Origin: Nymphaea colorata
Lineage: Eukaryota
Direction of reading: 5' to 3'
Assembly (NCBI RefSeq): GCF_008831285.2
Contig: NC_045138.2
Coordinates: forward strand, 4,836,001 to 4,900,000
Length of the DNA: 64,000 bases
Below are positions 50,801 to 64,000 of the stretch, one piece after another; positions within the stretch are counted from its first letter, which is position 1, and each line of letters opens with the position of its first letter. Both the position numbers and the translations under genes were made by a program. The notes under the pieces are model-generated. The model had not been told where the DNA came from, did no database searches, and was given only the letters and a program-made list of their open reading frames with translations.

Positions 50801-53800
50801 TTGGTGCGGCACATGACCCAGCCTGGCCAAGCACTATTTTTAATAATTCAAGTTGTCAATTCTGACTAAATTTTTTTAATAACAAATTTCTTTAGAAAAC
50901 TTTATTTTGGGAAGATATTTGAAATTTTAAAAAGCGAGCCTGAAATTATTCCCCGGTAATTTTTTAAGTTAAGTGAGTTATATCAAGCAGGTTATATGTT
51001 GTGGCCCCTAATAAAGAGTCATGTTATATACTGTATGTGACCAAAGTATCTCTGTTGGTTAAATAGAATACCCAGCCGGTCTTTTAAAGGCAAAAGTGAA
51101 ACTTCAAAACAAATTATGTATTCATGCCCCATAACCATTTTCTTATCTATGTATTAGTGCTATTAATGCTTCCCTACCAGTGGCGCAGCCATATGTGGGC
51201 TAGTGTGCAGCACATTAACATTATTTTATTTTTACATTGAGAAATTTAATATTTACTTTTATAAGTGGCACCTATATATGGTAAACTTTCAAAAGAAACT
51301 TAAAAGTTGTAAAAAAAATAAAATAAATGGAAAACTAACAATTCAACATCAAAAAAGAAAGAAATTGATAACAAATGAAAACTAGAAAATGGAAACGCAT
51401 AATTTGGTGTTGAAAAATTAGAAACAAATGTTTAAAATGAAAAAAAGGGAAAAGACTTTTTGGGTTTTTTTTTTTAAAAAAAAGTGTGTTTTGCTGGTTT
51501 TTCAATGACTTGTTTTTTACATTCTTAACACTTTTAAAAAACGTATTTTTTATTACTATAATGTTGACTTTCAAGAACATTGCGGTACTTGCAATTAAGC
51601 TATGCATCAGCACTTGTTTATAGGATTCCTGGCAGTTTTGTGAACTAGTGGAAATTTCGGATGCGGAAGATCTGGGGTCCATTGTCACTTCAAACTTTGC
51701 TCCGGAGCTAGCAGAAATCCCGAGCAAATCTCTTTCACGAGCAGCCTATTGTTCTTCGTTTGATTTGAATAATTTATGTGTGCTAGTTAGCAAGCTAGCT
51801 TGGACTGCAGAATCAGAGGATACAAAGAGCTAGGATTCACGGAGAAGATAATGTAGGGTAGCTAAGGCTGGTGTAGAGGCACTCATTCACATATTTATAT
51901 ATCCAAGGGAGGCATTCTGTATATAACAGAATAAATATTTAAAGAAGTTAATATAAAAACAATGAAACATTGAAGGGTGCCCACACTAGCCTTCGCATCT
52001 GTCCCCCCTCCCCTCCTCTTCTTCCCACAACCAAAATTTCATCCATGGGTTAAGCCTAACGAAATGGGTGATGTACCAATATATGCATGACAGAGAGAGA
52101 TAGAGAGAGATTTTGATTGAAAATAAAAAGCCAGAAAACAGAAAATTTATTCAGAATTGACAACCAACATGCACAGCCCGATGGAATTCCAGGCATCAGA
52201 CTCCATCCATGTCGTCGTATCTCATGCCTTAGTTTGGACGTTGATGATCATTCCAAGGCTTTACTCTGTGCTCCCATCCTGTCATCCTGTCAGTCTTATC
52301 ATATTGACTGCGATTTTGATAAGTATGAACCACCGGTCATATCGTAAATCCATGCAGCAGATTTTTTGTCATGAAAGATTCTCCTGCGGCCTCCCCAAAA
52401 GTATAGTCTTCCACTCAACTGTAGTTTCTATCTGAGAATCTTCACTCTTTCGTCACTACAATGACAAGGAAGTCCTTCCTTTCCTGTTCATCGTTGCAGC
52501 AGAAAATAATTCATACATCTTTATCTTCAATGCAGCCTACTAAAGGGTTGCAGCAGCAAAATATTCATACATCTTGATCTTCAATGCATCCTACTAAAGG
52601 GTTGGAGAACTCTCTTATAAGACCTTAAAGCTGTTAGAAAAAAGTTAAAAGAAAGTTTCATTGCTCTGGCATGAATCTGGTGGCAACGCATTCGCGCCAG
52701 AGTTGTCCATACGTTGGGTTACTAACTTACTACAGCCGCAGAGGATGGGATGCCACCAGCAATTAGTTTTTACCAGCAGTGTACTATCTTAGTTTTACTA
52801 ACTCACTAACTGCTAATTTTACTTTAATAATCAGAGATTTTTCACCAACAGGCGAATTAAAATTTTTAAGTTTTATAAAATTTTACTTGTTTTATATAAA
52901 AATTTTGAAAAATGATATTTCAACTCCTGTCAAAATTTAAAAACTTTAATTTGATTCTCCTCATAAAAAATTTCTAGTTCCTCGGGTCTTCTATACTTAA
53001 CTGCACCATATGAGATGTTCAGTGCCATACTTGCTGGTTTTTCGGCATAAATCAGCCATCCCTTTGCTTCCTATGAAGAAATGAGTGTGCATACACACCC
53101 CTGTACACTCATAAATACTCATAAATACACATGAAAGGAAACCATATTTAGGACTTTGAAAATTTTCATAACCTTTTTTCTTCTTAAAAAGTTTTTTTTT
53201 ATTTAAACAACAGTGTTTTGGTCATTACACATCCCTATGCACATAAGCATTTTTGCCATATGAAGCCGGTGTCATTGCTTTGTCAACCCATGAGACATGG
53301 GTTTTCTTTTCATGTGTGGTATTTTCTATTTTGTAAAGAGTAATTTTTTCTTCCAAAAAAAAATAATAAATGCAACTTTTTTGGATTTTCCATTTTGTCT
53401 TTGTAGGAGGCTTCTTGCGTTCTTATTCGATGGACCGTTAGATTGAATGTTCTTTACTTAAGGTCCTATTTAAACTTATGGTTTAGGACATGACATGGAC
53501 TTATTTGAAAACTTATTTTGTGAGGCCAACGTGGGCCGATAAAAATAACTAAGTGGTAACCGTTCGAGCAGCATTGGCATAAACTTTAGTTGTTTGTGAC
53601 TGAATGGAAAAGATTAATAACTTTTAAACTCTATATGAATCAACGAAGTTTTTGTGCATGCATACATATTTTCTTGAATTGAGTTGACACTTAAAGATAG
53701 GATTATTGTCAAAGGAATGGGCCAATTTCATGTTTTAATTTCTTGCAAAGCTTTCTCAATTCAAACGTTTGCAGAGTCAAATTGATAGAGGGGCTTTTAG

Positions 53801-54778
53801 CTTTGGATTCAGATTAAAAATCAAATCCATTTAAATATAAACATGAATATATGATGCACAAGAATGAAGACCATAGTTGTTCAAAGGTTCTCCCTTTCAC
53901 GGTCGAAACACACCCACACCCTCAAAATTAAGGCTAAGCATTAGCTTGGAACGGGCCGGCCCAAGGCTACACAAAGTCGGGTTCAGGCTGGCTCAAAGTC
54001 CTTGCTTGTGGCCCAAGTCCAGCCCGCTTAGTCTGTTGGGTACCCAGTTCAATGTCAACTTATATTTGAAACTCTTAATATTTCATATTTTAATATCTCA
54101 AAAGCTCTTACCAACGTGCCTAAAGTTTTTAAGGATGCCATCTGTAACACTTGAAGAGTTTATAAGAGTGTCATCAGCAACACATGAATAGTTTTTAAGG
54201 GAATCATCTGCGACACACAAAATGTTTTTAAATGAGTTGATTGCTAATGTCTATTGAAGAAGTTCCATTCTTGCAACAATTCTTATTGTCCTAATAAACT
54301 GAAACCCTCTAATTTATCATTTGCAAGCATTTACTAAATTTAACGTTTAGTTAAGACAAAAAATTTTAAGCCAAGTACTTGAGAGGAAGCAAAGGAACAA
54401 GTTGAACAGGAAGGGGCCAAGGAGCCAAACATTTGGTACATTATTGGCCACCCAGCAGTTATGTCATGTATGTTTTAAGGCAATATTGTTATTGTCAGAT
54501 AGGATCATCATCATTATTATCTAAATTAAACTACTCAACCTTAGATAAGTTACATGAATTTACAGTAGCTAGCACTCTTTAATTATATTGAATCACCAAC
54601 TACATCTGCCTCTTGACTCAAGTACGCTTATGCTAGGCATGTAGGGAAGTTGGGGAAACATTTAAACCATATTGAGGCCCTTTTCGGGATTACATGAAAA
54701 AAAACTTTAGCTCTCCACAAGGAAACTTTCCACGAAAACACTCTTAAAGAAAACAAGAAAACCCAACTGGCATATACA

Positions 54779-55238
54779 TAAGGATGCAATGGATATTCGA
54801 ATTGGATATACTTTTTACTATATTAACCATTTGGGATATTCACATATTAGAATTTGAGTTTGTATTTGAACATAAATGAAGAAAAGTCACATCTGAATCC
54901 AAATCTAAAATATGATTTCACAATCTAAATCTGATTTGAATCTGATTTTAAATTCACATCCGAATCCGAATCCAGATCCAAATTTTAAACAAAACAGCTG
55001 ATTTTCAAAATATAGGGCTTATTAATATAGAATAACTATTTAAAACTGGATCCGATCCAAATCCGAATCCGAATCTAACTGAGCATTCACACATATTTGA
55101 ATCTGACCAGACGTCGTTTCTTAAATCCAAATCTGATCTTATTTCTTAATTGGATATTAAATTTTTTGATGTCTTGATTTTTTCGAAACTATTCAGTCAG
55201 ATATTATCTGATACAAGTCGAATATATTGACATCTCTA
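54779..55238. mobile_element. hAT-type MITE (ATCCGA-rich), inserted before the triplication
   Basis: Ends TAAGGATG / CATCTCTA with perfect TSD CATATACA (54771-54778, 55239-55246). The same insertion lies at 49808-50319, and its right end is at 60248. Confidence 0.88.
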
Positions 55239-56685
55239 CATATACATCAGCTATTTCATTTATAGTCCAGTTATGTCCCGTCATCGCATGAAAGGTCTAA
55301 GTTTTTGTGAATGATGCGCCATTACAAATTCCAGGAAATCTTAGACTAGCAAATATCCAAAAGTTAAATAAAGTGTGGCATCCGAGAAAAGTGATTTCTT
55401 AAAATTCATCTAAAAGTGTTTGCTTCTAGTTACCAATGAAGGATCATTTTAACTGAACACACGCTAATAACTTCTTTTGTGCCCCAAAGAAAAGTTCTCA
55501 AGCCAAACAAACACCAAACAGTTTTACGTTTGCCGTATGCAAACAAGTAGAAGAAAGTCCAATTTTGCTTGTCATTTAAAGGGCGTGAAAGTTGCATGGC
55601 TGGCCATAGCTAGCTAGGAACATATCTTGGCTGCATTATGTATGAAAAAAGTTCATCCACATGAAGCTAAAAAATGTGGACCTATAATGTATTGTGTACA
55701 ACTAAGATTTCACACTCATTTGGTCTGTTTTGAATTGGATCCATATGTTAACCAAGGTACGGGGGACCCATCCAGGCCAATTTGGTCTGCAAGCTCTACT
55801 AATAATTCAAGTTGTCAATTTCAATGAGAAAATTTTACATCGGAAAGTTATTTGAATGAGAAAAATTTAAGTGGAAAATTTCTTTCATCACTTCGAATGA
55901 GAAAATTTTACTTCCGAAAGATATTTGAAATTTTCAAATGCGAGTTTGAAATTAAGCCTCGGATCTTAAGTTGAAATTCTTTAACCAGGTTATATGTTAT
56001 GACCCCTAACAAAAGTAATGTGCTACAGACTGAAAATTACCAAAATAGCTCCCCCGGTTAAATAGAAGATCCCCCTTCTTATAATGGCAAAAGTGAAACC
56101 TAAAAAAAAAAAAAAAATCCTTGTAAATTTACAAAAATACCCTTCTGATAAAAAGTGGGAACATGACTACCCCTTAAGTTAGGGGCATAAGATAGAAAGT
56201 GCTATAGAAATAGTAATGTGAGAATAATTTTGTTGGTGCATGTGGTAGGAGTTTCAAATTTTCAATAATTAAAAAAAAAAAAACCATACCATAAGATCGT
56301 TAGAGTCATTTTGGTTTGTATCACCGTTGAAACATGTAGGCTTGTGCAGGCAATTGCCCACACAGGCTCACACAAATTGTATTTTTACATAGTCATGCTC
56401 CAAAATTATTTTCTTGTCTACCTACTAATGTATCCATTCTTGACTTTCATAAGCATCATGGTACGTGCAACAAAGTTATGCAGCAACACATGTTTATAGA
56501 TATCTCCTGAGGGTTTTTTGAAGCTGATTTATAATATTACTAGTGAAAATTTCAACTGCATGTTGATGTGCTGGGCCGGTCTGTTGTCACTTCAAACTTT
56601 GTTTTGGAGCTAGGAGTGTAACTACCTGACCCACTCTCAAACTTGAGCCCCTAGTCTAGTGTGAGAATAAGTCAAGTTGTTATGG

Positions 56686-57262
56686 TAGTATCAAAGCCAG
56701 GTTCAACACTCAGACTTGGGACCCAACACATGTGGATGCTTGTGCCTTAAGGGATGGATTATAATGCCCAAAAGTTTAGTCTTGTATTGAAGATTGTGAG
56801 GAATCTTCAAAGGCTTATAAAGAGAGTTATTAAAGTGGTTGGTTATCCTGGTTCCTAATATTTTTCAGTTTGAAACCGAAACTATCAGGAGGTGGGTTGG
56901 GATTTACAAAATAAAAGTTTAGTGTCACATTGAAGATTGTGATGGATCTTCAAGAACTTATAAAGAGAGTTATTAAAGTGGTGTGGACGCGTGTCCTTTA
57001 AGAGGATGATTGTAAACCTTAAAAGTTTAGACTTGTATTGAAAATTATGAGGAATATTCAAAAACTTATAAAAGAGTTATTAAAGCCAGGGGCGAAGGGG
57101 GGGGGGCCACCTAGGCCATGGCCCCACCCCGGCCAATGAAAAATAAAATTTTTTAATTGCGTCGTGCATTTTTTGGATTTGAATTCAATTGGCCCTACCC
57201 GTATTCAGCAATTGGTTTTACTGGTTACTAATATTTTTTTGAGTTGAAATCAAAACTGTTAG
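56686..57262 (+). mobile_element. Possible TRIM tandem array (PBS, PPT and about 3 short LTR-like repeats), interrupted by a MITE at about 57088-57210
   Basis: TAGTATCAAAGCC resembles the tRNA-Met PBS TGGTATCAGAGCC. TTAAGGGATGGAT and TTAAGAGGATGAT precede repeats containing AAAAGTTTAG...ATTGAAGATTGTGA...TTATAAAGAGAGTTATTAAAG at about 56760, 56905 and 57010. Confidence 0.5.
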
Positions 57263-57868
57263 TGTCGAGCTGGGTTGGTCTGTTGAGCTGAGCTCGACCT
57301 GACTTTGTACAACTTTACTAGAGTGCAAGCTGAGCAAGATATGAGTCGAGTCATGTCAAACTGATAGAGCACGAGCTCGATTGGGCTCGTGTGCAGCCCA
57401 ACTCGTTATTAAATAATTAATGAAGAGAATGACAGATCGGAAGTTCTTTAAGTTGTGGTGGCAGTAGTTGTTGCTGTATGTTGTAGCTAGCGCCACTGAC
57501 TGGTGCGAGTGAACATGGTATATTACTAGTACATTCACTGTAAGGGATGGCTCCATGTGAAATGAACATGACAAAAAGATAACAACTCACTAAAGGGGTG
57601 TTAGAGTCATTCGGGGACACTCTTGACTTGTCAATCAAACATACAAATTAACCAGGTCGTTGCACATGGTTGTTTTTTGAAAGTGACATCTAAACACAAA
57701 GTTTATCTTTGACCGATTAATAATGCATACAAGGATCAAATAACCACTTAGTCAGCTAATATATGTAGTATATATGTCAATTTAAATTGAATCAAAACTA
57801 CCTGCTGGGATGTCAATTGAACAAATTAAGCCTACCCAAATGGGTGGTGGGCCATTTTTTGCATATAC

Positions 57869-57904
<36 letters not shown>

Positions 57905-58148
57905 AGATTGAACTATTGCCCAAATGGAAGCAGCTTAGTTGGTCATGCTAGTAGGCCAGTGTGTGATCATCAGTTTGATTCTTATAAGCACAAATCATCG
58001 AGAGCAAGTTTTTTACGCCACCTCTATGTATCTAATGAGTGTACGCTGGATGTGAACCCTACTACCAATATGCATATTTACTTACATGTCCAAATATTGA
58101 ATATGCATGTACGTGACTTAATAAATAATTATGAAATAACAAATAAGT

Positions 58149-58353
58149 ATGAGATAATGTTTATGAGATAACAAAATATTTATGAGATAATGAGATAACG
58201 GGTGGACGGATGTATGAGATAACGGGTGGACGGATGTATGAGATAATGCTTATGTGATAATAAAATATTTATGAGATAATAAGATAACAGACGGATGTGT
58301 GAGATAATGCTAAACATAAGTATGAGAAAATATTTATGAGATAATGAGATAAC
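58149..58353. repeat. GAGATAA-based minisatellite
   Basis: About 12 (G/A)AGATAA-type motifs, including a perfect 24-bp duplication ATGAGATAACGGGTGGACGGATGT. Confidence 0.85.
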
Positions 58354-61300
58354 GCTATGAGCGGGACAAAAAACAGTTTAAAGGAGCATATTGGTTACAA
58401 CGATGTACATATACGGACTGACAAATTTTACTTTTATCGAATTCTCAAATCTTTTTTTTGTAGTTTTCTCAATCCCTACCAGAAAAAATTATGGCCATCT
58501 TTTTTTTATCAACATGACGCATAAAATTTCATGCACAGGAACAACATATATAATCAGCTTCGCTTCTCACAGATTAATGGTGGCAGTGCCGCACTATATT
58601 TTAATTGATGCGTGGGTTTACCAAGATCCTAAAACAGATAGGGGGTGAGGATTGACAACCAACGTGCATGGCCTTATGGAATTCCAGGCATAAGAGTCCA
58701 CGCATGTCGTGGTGTCTCTGACCCTAGCCCTTACTAATTAAGACGTTGATGATCCTTCCAAGACTCTACTTCTGCTCCCATGTTGTCAGGCCTATCAGTG
58801 TTAACTGAATTTTAATTAACACTGGAAAAACTTACAATTCTACAGCATCAGATAATAAGTACTCCTGTGCGAAGTGGGATTCACCCAGCGTTCATATCGT
58901 AAACCTATGCCGCAGATGTTTTGTCAGATCAAAGATTCTGATCACCTGCAGCCTTCCCAAAAGTATAGTCTTCCGCTCAACTGTAGCTTCTATCTTGAAA
59001 GCTGTCACTCTTTTAGAACTACTGTTGACAAGGAAGTCCTTCCTCTTCATCGTTGCAGCAGCAAATAATTGATTCATCTTTACCTTCAATGCAAATGCAA
59101 CCTACTAGGGGGTTGGAGTACTCTCTTATAAGACGTACAAGCTGTCAAAGCAAAGTTTCAGTGGTCTGACATGAATCTGGTAGTGGCACATTCTCGCCAG
59201 ATCAAGTTGGCCATGTGTTGGGTTACTGGCTCATCCAGAGGACGGGCTGCCGCCAGGAAATGGTTTCTAAGCAGCAATGGTGTCTCTGCCTCGGTTTTAC
59301 CTCACCAGCTGTATCATCCCTGCTCACGGGTTTGGCGTCTCGCCAGTGAAATAACTGAACTTTCATACTCAACTGCATCGTGTCAGTGATGGAGATGCTC
59401 TAGTGCCACAGCTGGTTTTTGTTACTGTGGAAGATGCGTTTCTGGGCATAAACCAGCTGTCCCCGTGCTTCCAAGATTCGGCCCATATGAGGCTGGCCGC
59501 GACTGCAAAGTATTGTCTCTTTTGTCGAAAGTAATTTTGTATTGAAAACAAAAATGAACTAAAACTCTGTGTGATCAATTACCTGCATGGCTTAATCTTG
59601 ATTTTGCGAACGGACAAGGCATTCTAATTAAAGCTGGATCATAGCCGATCAAGATCTAATAGAGGTCATGCTCGACTAAGACTAGCTGGTGCACATTATT
59701 AAGGTTTGAGATACAGGGAACCAGTGCGGGATTTAACATGATGCAGTCTAAACAATTAAGCCACATGAACATCGTTGGCGTAGTCTGTTCATCGCTCATG
59801 CGCACTACTAGGGGTCTGAAGTTCTAAATGAAAATTAGGCTAAATCTCCTCTATGGATCCAACTTTCTTGAGTCCAATCCATAAGAATCGTAGAGAACAG
59901 CTGCAAAGCACAGCTTAGGAGAAGAAATTGGAGTTTTTATAATAAAAAATCTAGAATTTTACATTTAATCGGATAACTACAATACACTCCATTGTACCCG
60001 ACATTTAAGCAAAATATCAGGTATATATATAATATATATAAAAGCTTATTATTGATATACTTCTCCCTGAATTACTTTTAAGAACACATCGTTTGCAGTT
60101 TTAGATGTGCTTTCCTTTTAACCATAAAAAGTTTAATAGTTTTCATAATTTCTTAATCGGATACTAATTTTTTATATATCTCTTCTTTTTTTACAGAATG
60201 ATTCAGTCCGATATTATATGATATAAGTTGAATATATTGACATTCTTACGTATACATCAGCTATTTCATTTATAGTCCAGTTATTTCCCACAATCACATG
60301 AAAGGTCTAAGCTTTTGCGAATCATGTGCCATCACAAATTCCAGGCACTATTAGACTAGCTAATATCCAAAAAGTTAAATAAAATGTGTTATCCGAGAAA
60401 CGTTATTTCTTGAGATTCCTTAAAATTGTTCTTTTCTAGTTACCATTTTAACTCAACGGACGCCAATAACTTCTTCTGTGCGCCAAAGAAAAGTTGTCAA
60501 AGCAAACAAACAACAAATAGTTCTCCGCTTGCCATATGCAAATTACTAAGTAGAAGAAAAGCCAAATTCTGCTTGTCATCTAATGGGCGTGAAACTCGAA
60601 TGGTTGCCAGGAACAGATCTTGGATGCATTAATTATTTATGAGAAAACTTTGGTCCACATGAAGCTAAAAAATGAGGACCCATATGTACTGTGTACTACT
60701 GAGATTTCAGAGCCACTGGGGCTGCTTTTAGTTGGATCCATATGTTAACCATCGTGCGGGACATGACCCATCCTGGCCAAGCACTATTTCTAATAATTCA
60801 AGTCGCTAATGCTAATAAGATTTTTTTAGTAGAAAATTTCTTTCTTCACTTTCAATGAGAAAATTTTACTTGGGGAATAAATTTAAAGTTTTAAAAATCG
60901 GGCTTGAAATTAAGCCTTAGATCTTAAATTCAAGCAGGTTACGCTAGGTAGGTTATATGTTATGGCCCCTAACATGAGTCATGTACTACAAACTGGAAAT
61001 GACCAAAATACTTCTACCGGTTAAATAGAAGAAAACTTCAAATAAATTATTATAAAATTACAAAAATACCCTTCTGGTAAAAAGTGGGAGCACGAGTTGT
61101 ACATGTTAGGCGCATAAGATAGAAAGTGCTATAGAAGTAGTGGTGTGAGAAGAATTTTGTTGATGTATGGGGTAGGAGTTTCAAATATTTAATATCTAAG
61201 AAAATTTTCATAGCATAGCATTGTGAAGAGTCATTTTGGTTTTGCACCCAGCGTTGGAGGTAGATGTGGGCTTGTGTAGGCAATTGTCCACACAGGCTCA

Positions 61301-62689
61301 CACAAATGGTATATTAACATATTAATGCCCCATGAACAATGTTGCAAATTTTCAAAAAATTTAAAAAATCTTTAAAAATTATGAAAAATAAAATAAATGA
61401 GAAATTAATGAAACAACGTCGAAAAATAAACAAGCAACAATTAAAATTAGACTGCAAACAGACAGATTGGCATTGAAATTAAAATATGAAATTCAAAAAA
61501 TCCTTTTTTTTTTATCTTTTCTGGTGAGTTGCTTTTTGCATTGTTAGTGCATTTCTTTAAAAAAAACGCACACACATTTTCATTGACTGCAATATTGACT
61601 TTGAATTAAGTTATGCATCAACACTTGGTTCTGGGATTCCTGTGGGTTCTCTAAAGCTGATTTATAATATTAGTAGTGAAAATTTCAGCTTTATGCTGAA
61701 GTCCTGGGCCGGTCTGTTGTCACTTCCAAAACTTGATATAAGTCCCAAGCAAATCACTAATATGGTCAGCCTATTGTCCTTTCTCTCATTGAACAATTTA
61801 ATTCTGCTACCTAGCTACCTTGGACTATGGAATTAGAGGGTATGTAAAGCTCGACTCGTTGTAAGAACTCTGACTCAATTAAATTCAAGTAAACTTGTTT
61901 AATTTAGGTTTCTTTTTTGTAATTTTTGCACTTAAAGCTAAGAAAAGAAATTAAGTCAAATGGGGAATTGGTAAAAGAGCTTAAAAGAGTCAAGCTCTAG
62001 CCGAGACTCAGTCTGGGTCTGTTGAGTCGAGCTCGACCTGACCTTGTACAGCTCAACTAGAATGCAAGCCCATCATTGACTTGGTACATTCAGGGGACAC
62101 TCTTTGACTTAATCAAACATACAAATTAACCTGGTCGTTGCACATCGTTGTTTTTTGAGAACGTATTCAAACACAAACTTAACTTTTCATTATCGATAAG
62201 TGTCTCCCTGTTTGACCCGTTTATCTTTGAGCGATTAATAATGCATACAAGGATCAAAGAACCGACTTAATCAGCTAATATATGTCAATTTAAATTGATT
62301 CAAAACTACCTGTTATGATGGAAATTTAACAAATTAAGCCTACCCAAATGGGTGGTGGATCAATATATACATGTGTGTGTGTGTGTGTGTGTGGAGAGAG
62401 AGAGATTGAAACTTTAAACTTTGATTTGTGACAAGAATTAAAACCTAAACTTTCTTCTTTTAGACTGCAACATGAAAAGCAAGAACTATTGCTCCAATGG
62501 AAGTAACTTACCTGGTCGGTCCGGTAGGCTAGTGAGAATGATTTTGGTCTTTTTGCTGGGCAAAACAAATTTGACCCTCCTTTTGATAAAAAAAACCTCC
62601 TTTTAGAGGGCGATTTTAGTCTTTTTGGATGGACAAAGGACAAACTCATTTTGAAAAAAAAAATATTTTTATAAGCTTAATGGCCAATC

Positions 62690-64000
62690 ATACCCATTTT
62701 CAAACCATTTCTTTCTCTAAATAATTCAAAATTATGTGAAATTTGAGTGAAAATGAGGTGAAATTCAAAAAAAAATCAAATTTAGGGTTTTGGCTCCAAA
62801 ATTCTCTATAAATATTCTCAACTTCCCCCCCTCCCCCCTTTTGGGCAAGAGTGGCCCTTGGGAGAAAACCTAGAGTATTCTCACATGAAGACTTAGGGTT
62901 TCTCTTGAGCTCTCTCTCTCTCCCTCTTCCTCTTTCCATTTCTCTACAATTTGGAGCTAGCTACAACTCTTCAAGAGAGCACCAATGACCCCTTGGAGGA
63001 CTCATCTTTATCATCACGGAGCTTCATTGAAGGTGAGTTCGAGTTTATTTCAAGGATGATTGTTTATTTTCCCTAAGTCATTTTCTCATTTAGAGGTATG
63101 TAATCATCATCACTTTCATTTTTTCTTTCCTCTCTTCTTCCTCTCCTCATGGCCAAAAGAGATAGCTCTCAACTCTATTTTAGAACTAAGAGGCTATACT
63201 CAAGTACACCGAGAGCATGGAAAATGATATGATCATTCATTTTATGATTAGCTCATTTTTTTTTCTCTTATTGAATGTAGCATTTTGCTTTTCTTTCCTC
63301 TATTCTTCATCTTTCCATGGCCAAAGGAGATAGTACTCAATCTCTATTATAGAGACAAGAGACTATGCTCGAGTGCACCGAGAGCATGAGAGGATGAGAT
63401 GATATTTTATTTTATGATGCTCTTTCAAATGTTCTTGATGTTGTTATTTTTCTTCATTGTTATTGCTATTTCTATTTCTTGAATATATTTTTGTTGTCTT
63501 TCTCATTTTATTTTCTCTTTTTATTTTTCATCTCCTCATGGCCAAAGGAGATAACACTCAATCTCTATTATAGAGACAAGAGGTTATGCTCGAGTGTACC
63601 GGGAGCATGGAAAATAAGAGGGAATATCATTTCCTCTATCTCTCTCTATTTCTCTCTTTTTCTCTCTATCTCTCTATATCTTTCTTTCTCAACCTTTCTC
63701 TCTCTCTACGTTTTTCTCTCTCTCTCCACCTCTCTCTCTCTCTATGTCTTTCTCTCTCTATCGTACTCTCTCTCTCTTCCCTCTCCGTTATGCTCTCCCT
63801 CTCCCTTTTTCCTTCCTTGAATGTTGTCGATATATTATCAATGCATGATATTCTAATCTTCTATTTACATACCAATGAACGGTGAGAATGAGGGTATGGC
63901 TTGGACCTCTTTATTTTCATATTAATTTTTGAGATTGGGGCTTGTCCAACCCGGAGAAACCATCACGAAAATGTACATGTTAAAATGCATTTGCATGTCA
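62690..64000 (+). mobile_element. LTR of the same Ogre/Tat-like family, running off the window end
   Basis: Inverted homology to 29880-30890; TATA CTCTATAAAT at about 62805; three internal subrepeats CTCAA.CTCTATT.TAGA...GAGCATG at about 63168, 63337 and 63557. Confidence 0.8.

Larger units (their letters stand above)
49270..62490 (+). repeat. Tandem triplication of a non-coding unit of about 5-6 kb (A ~49270-54270, B ~54280-60100, C ~60190-62490 partial)
   Basis: Colinear shared blocks: 49270-51110 / 54280-56100 / 60200-61040; 51560-51830 / 56450-56610 / 61590-61840; 52150-52770 / 58650-59270; 57260-57960 / 62010-62490. Confidence 0.9.

Noticed and set aside
52181..52202. Possible miR2118 target site (ATGGAATTCCAGGCATCAGACT)
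   Set aside because: Mismatches at the centre and opposite the miRNA 5' end; weaker still in the second copy.
63320..63340. GCCAAAGGAGAT resembling miR399
   Set aside because: Only a 12-nt match, inside LTR subrepeats, with no precursor hairpin.

Overview
AT-rich, repeat-dense angiosperm nuclear DNA with only two intact protein-coding genes. Both are three-exon NAC transcription factors of the XND1/ANAC104 type (6509-7677 and 40203-41363, + strand). They are paralogs within a larger old tandem duplication whose downstream non-coding blocks still align. A complete but mutated Ty1/copia element (8425-15334, probably Bianca lineage, TSD GAACA) lies 0.75 kb after the first gene. Its leader is unusually structured: a half-tRNA-iMet primer site, two GC hairpins, about 15 ACCG(G/A)TTC motifs phased every 20-21 bp, and four long stem-loops that share only a C-(C/A)AAA-G cap. 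Other elements are a decayed minus-strand Ogre/Tat-like gypsy element with a plant mobile domain (PMD) ORF upstream of gag-protease and no visible RT, two more copies of its LTR, a LINE remnant, many hAT-type MITEs (several with clean 8-bp TSDs), a possible TRIM array and many microsatellites. A non-coding unit of about 5-6 kb is triplicated at 49.3-62.5 kb. All comparisons were made by eye, so counts are approximate. The species cannot be established from the window alone.
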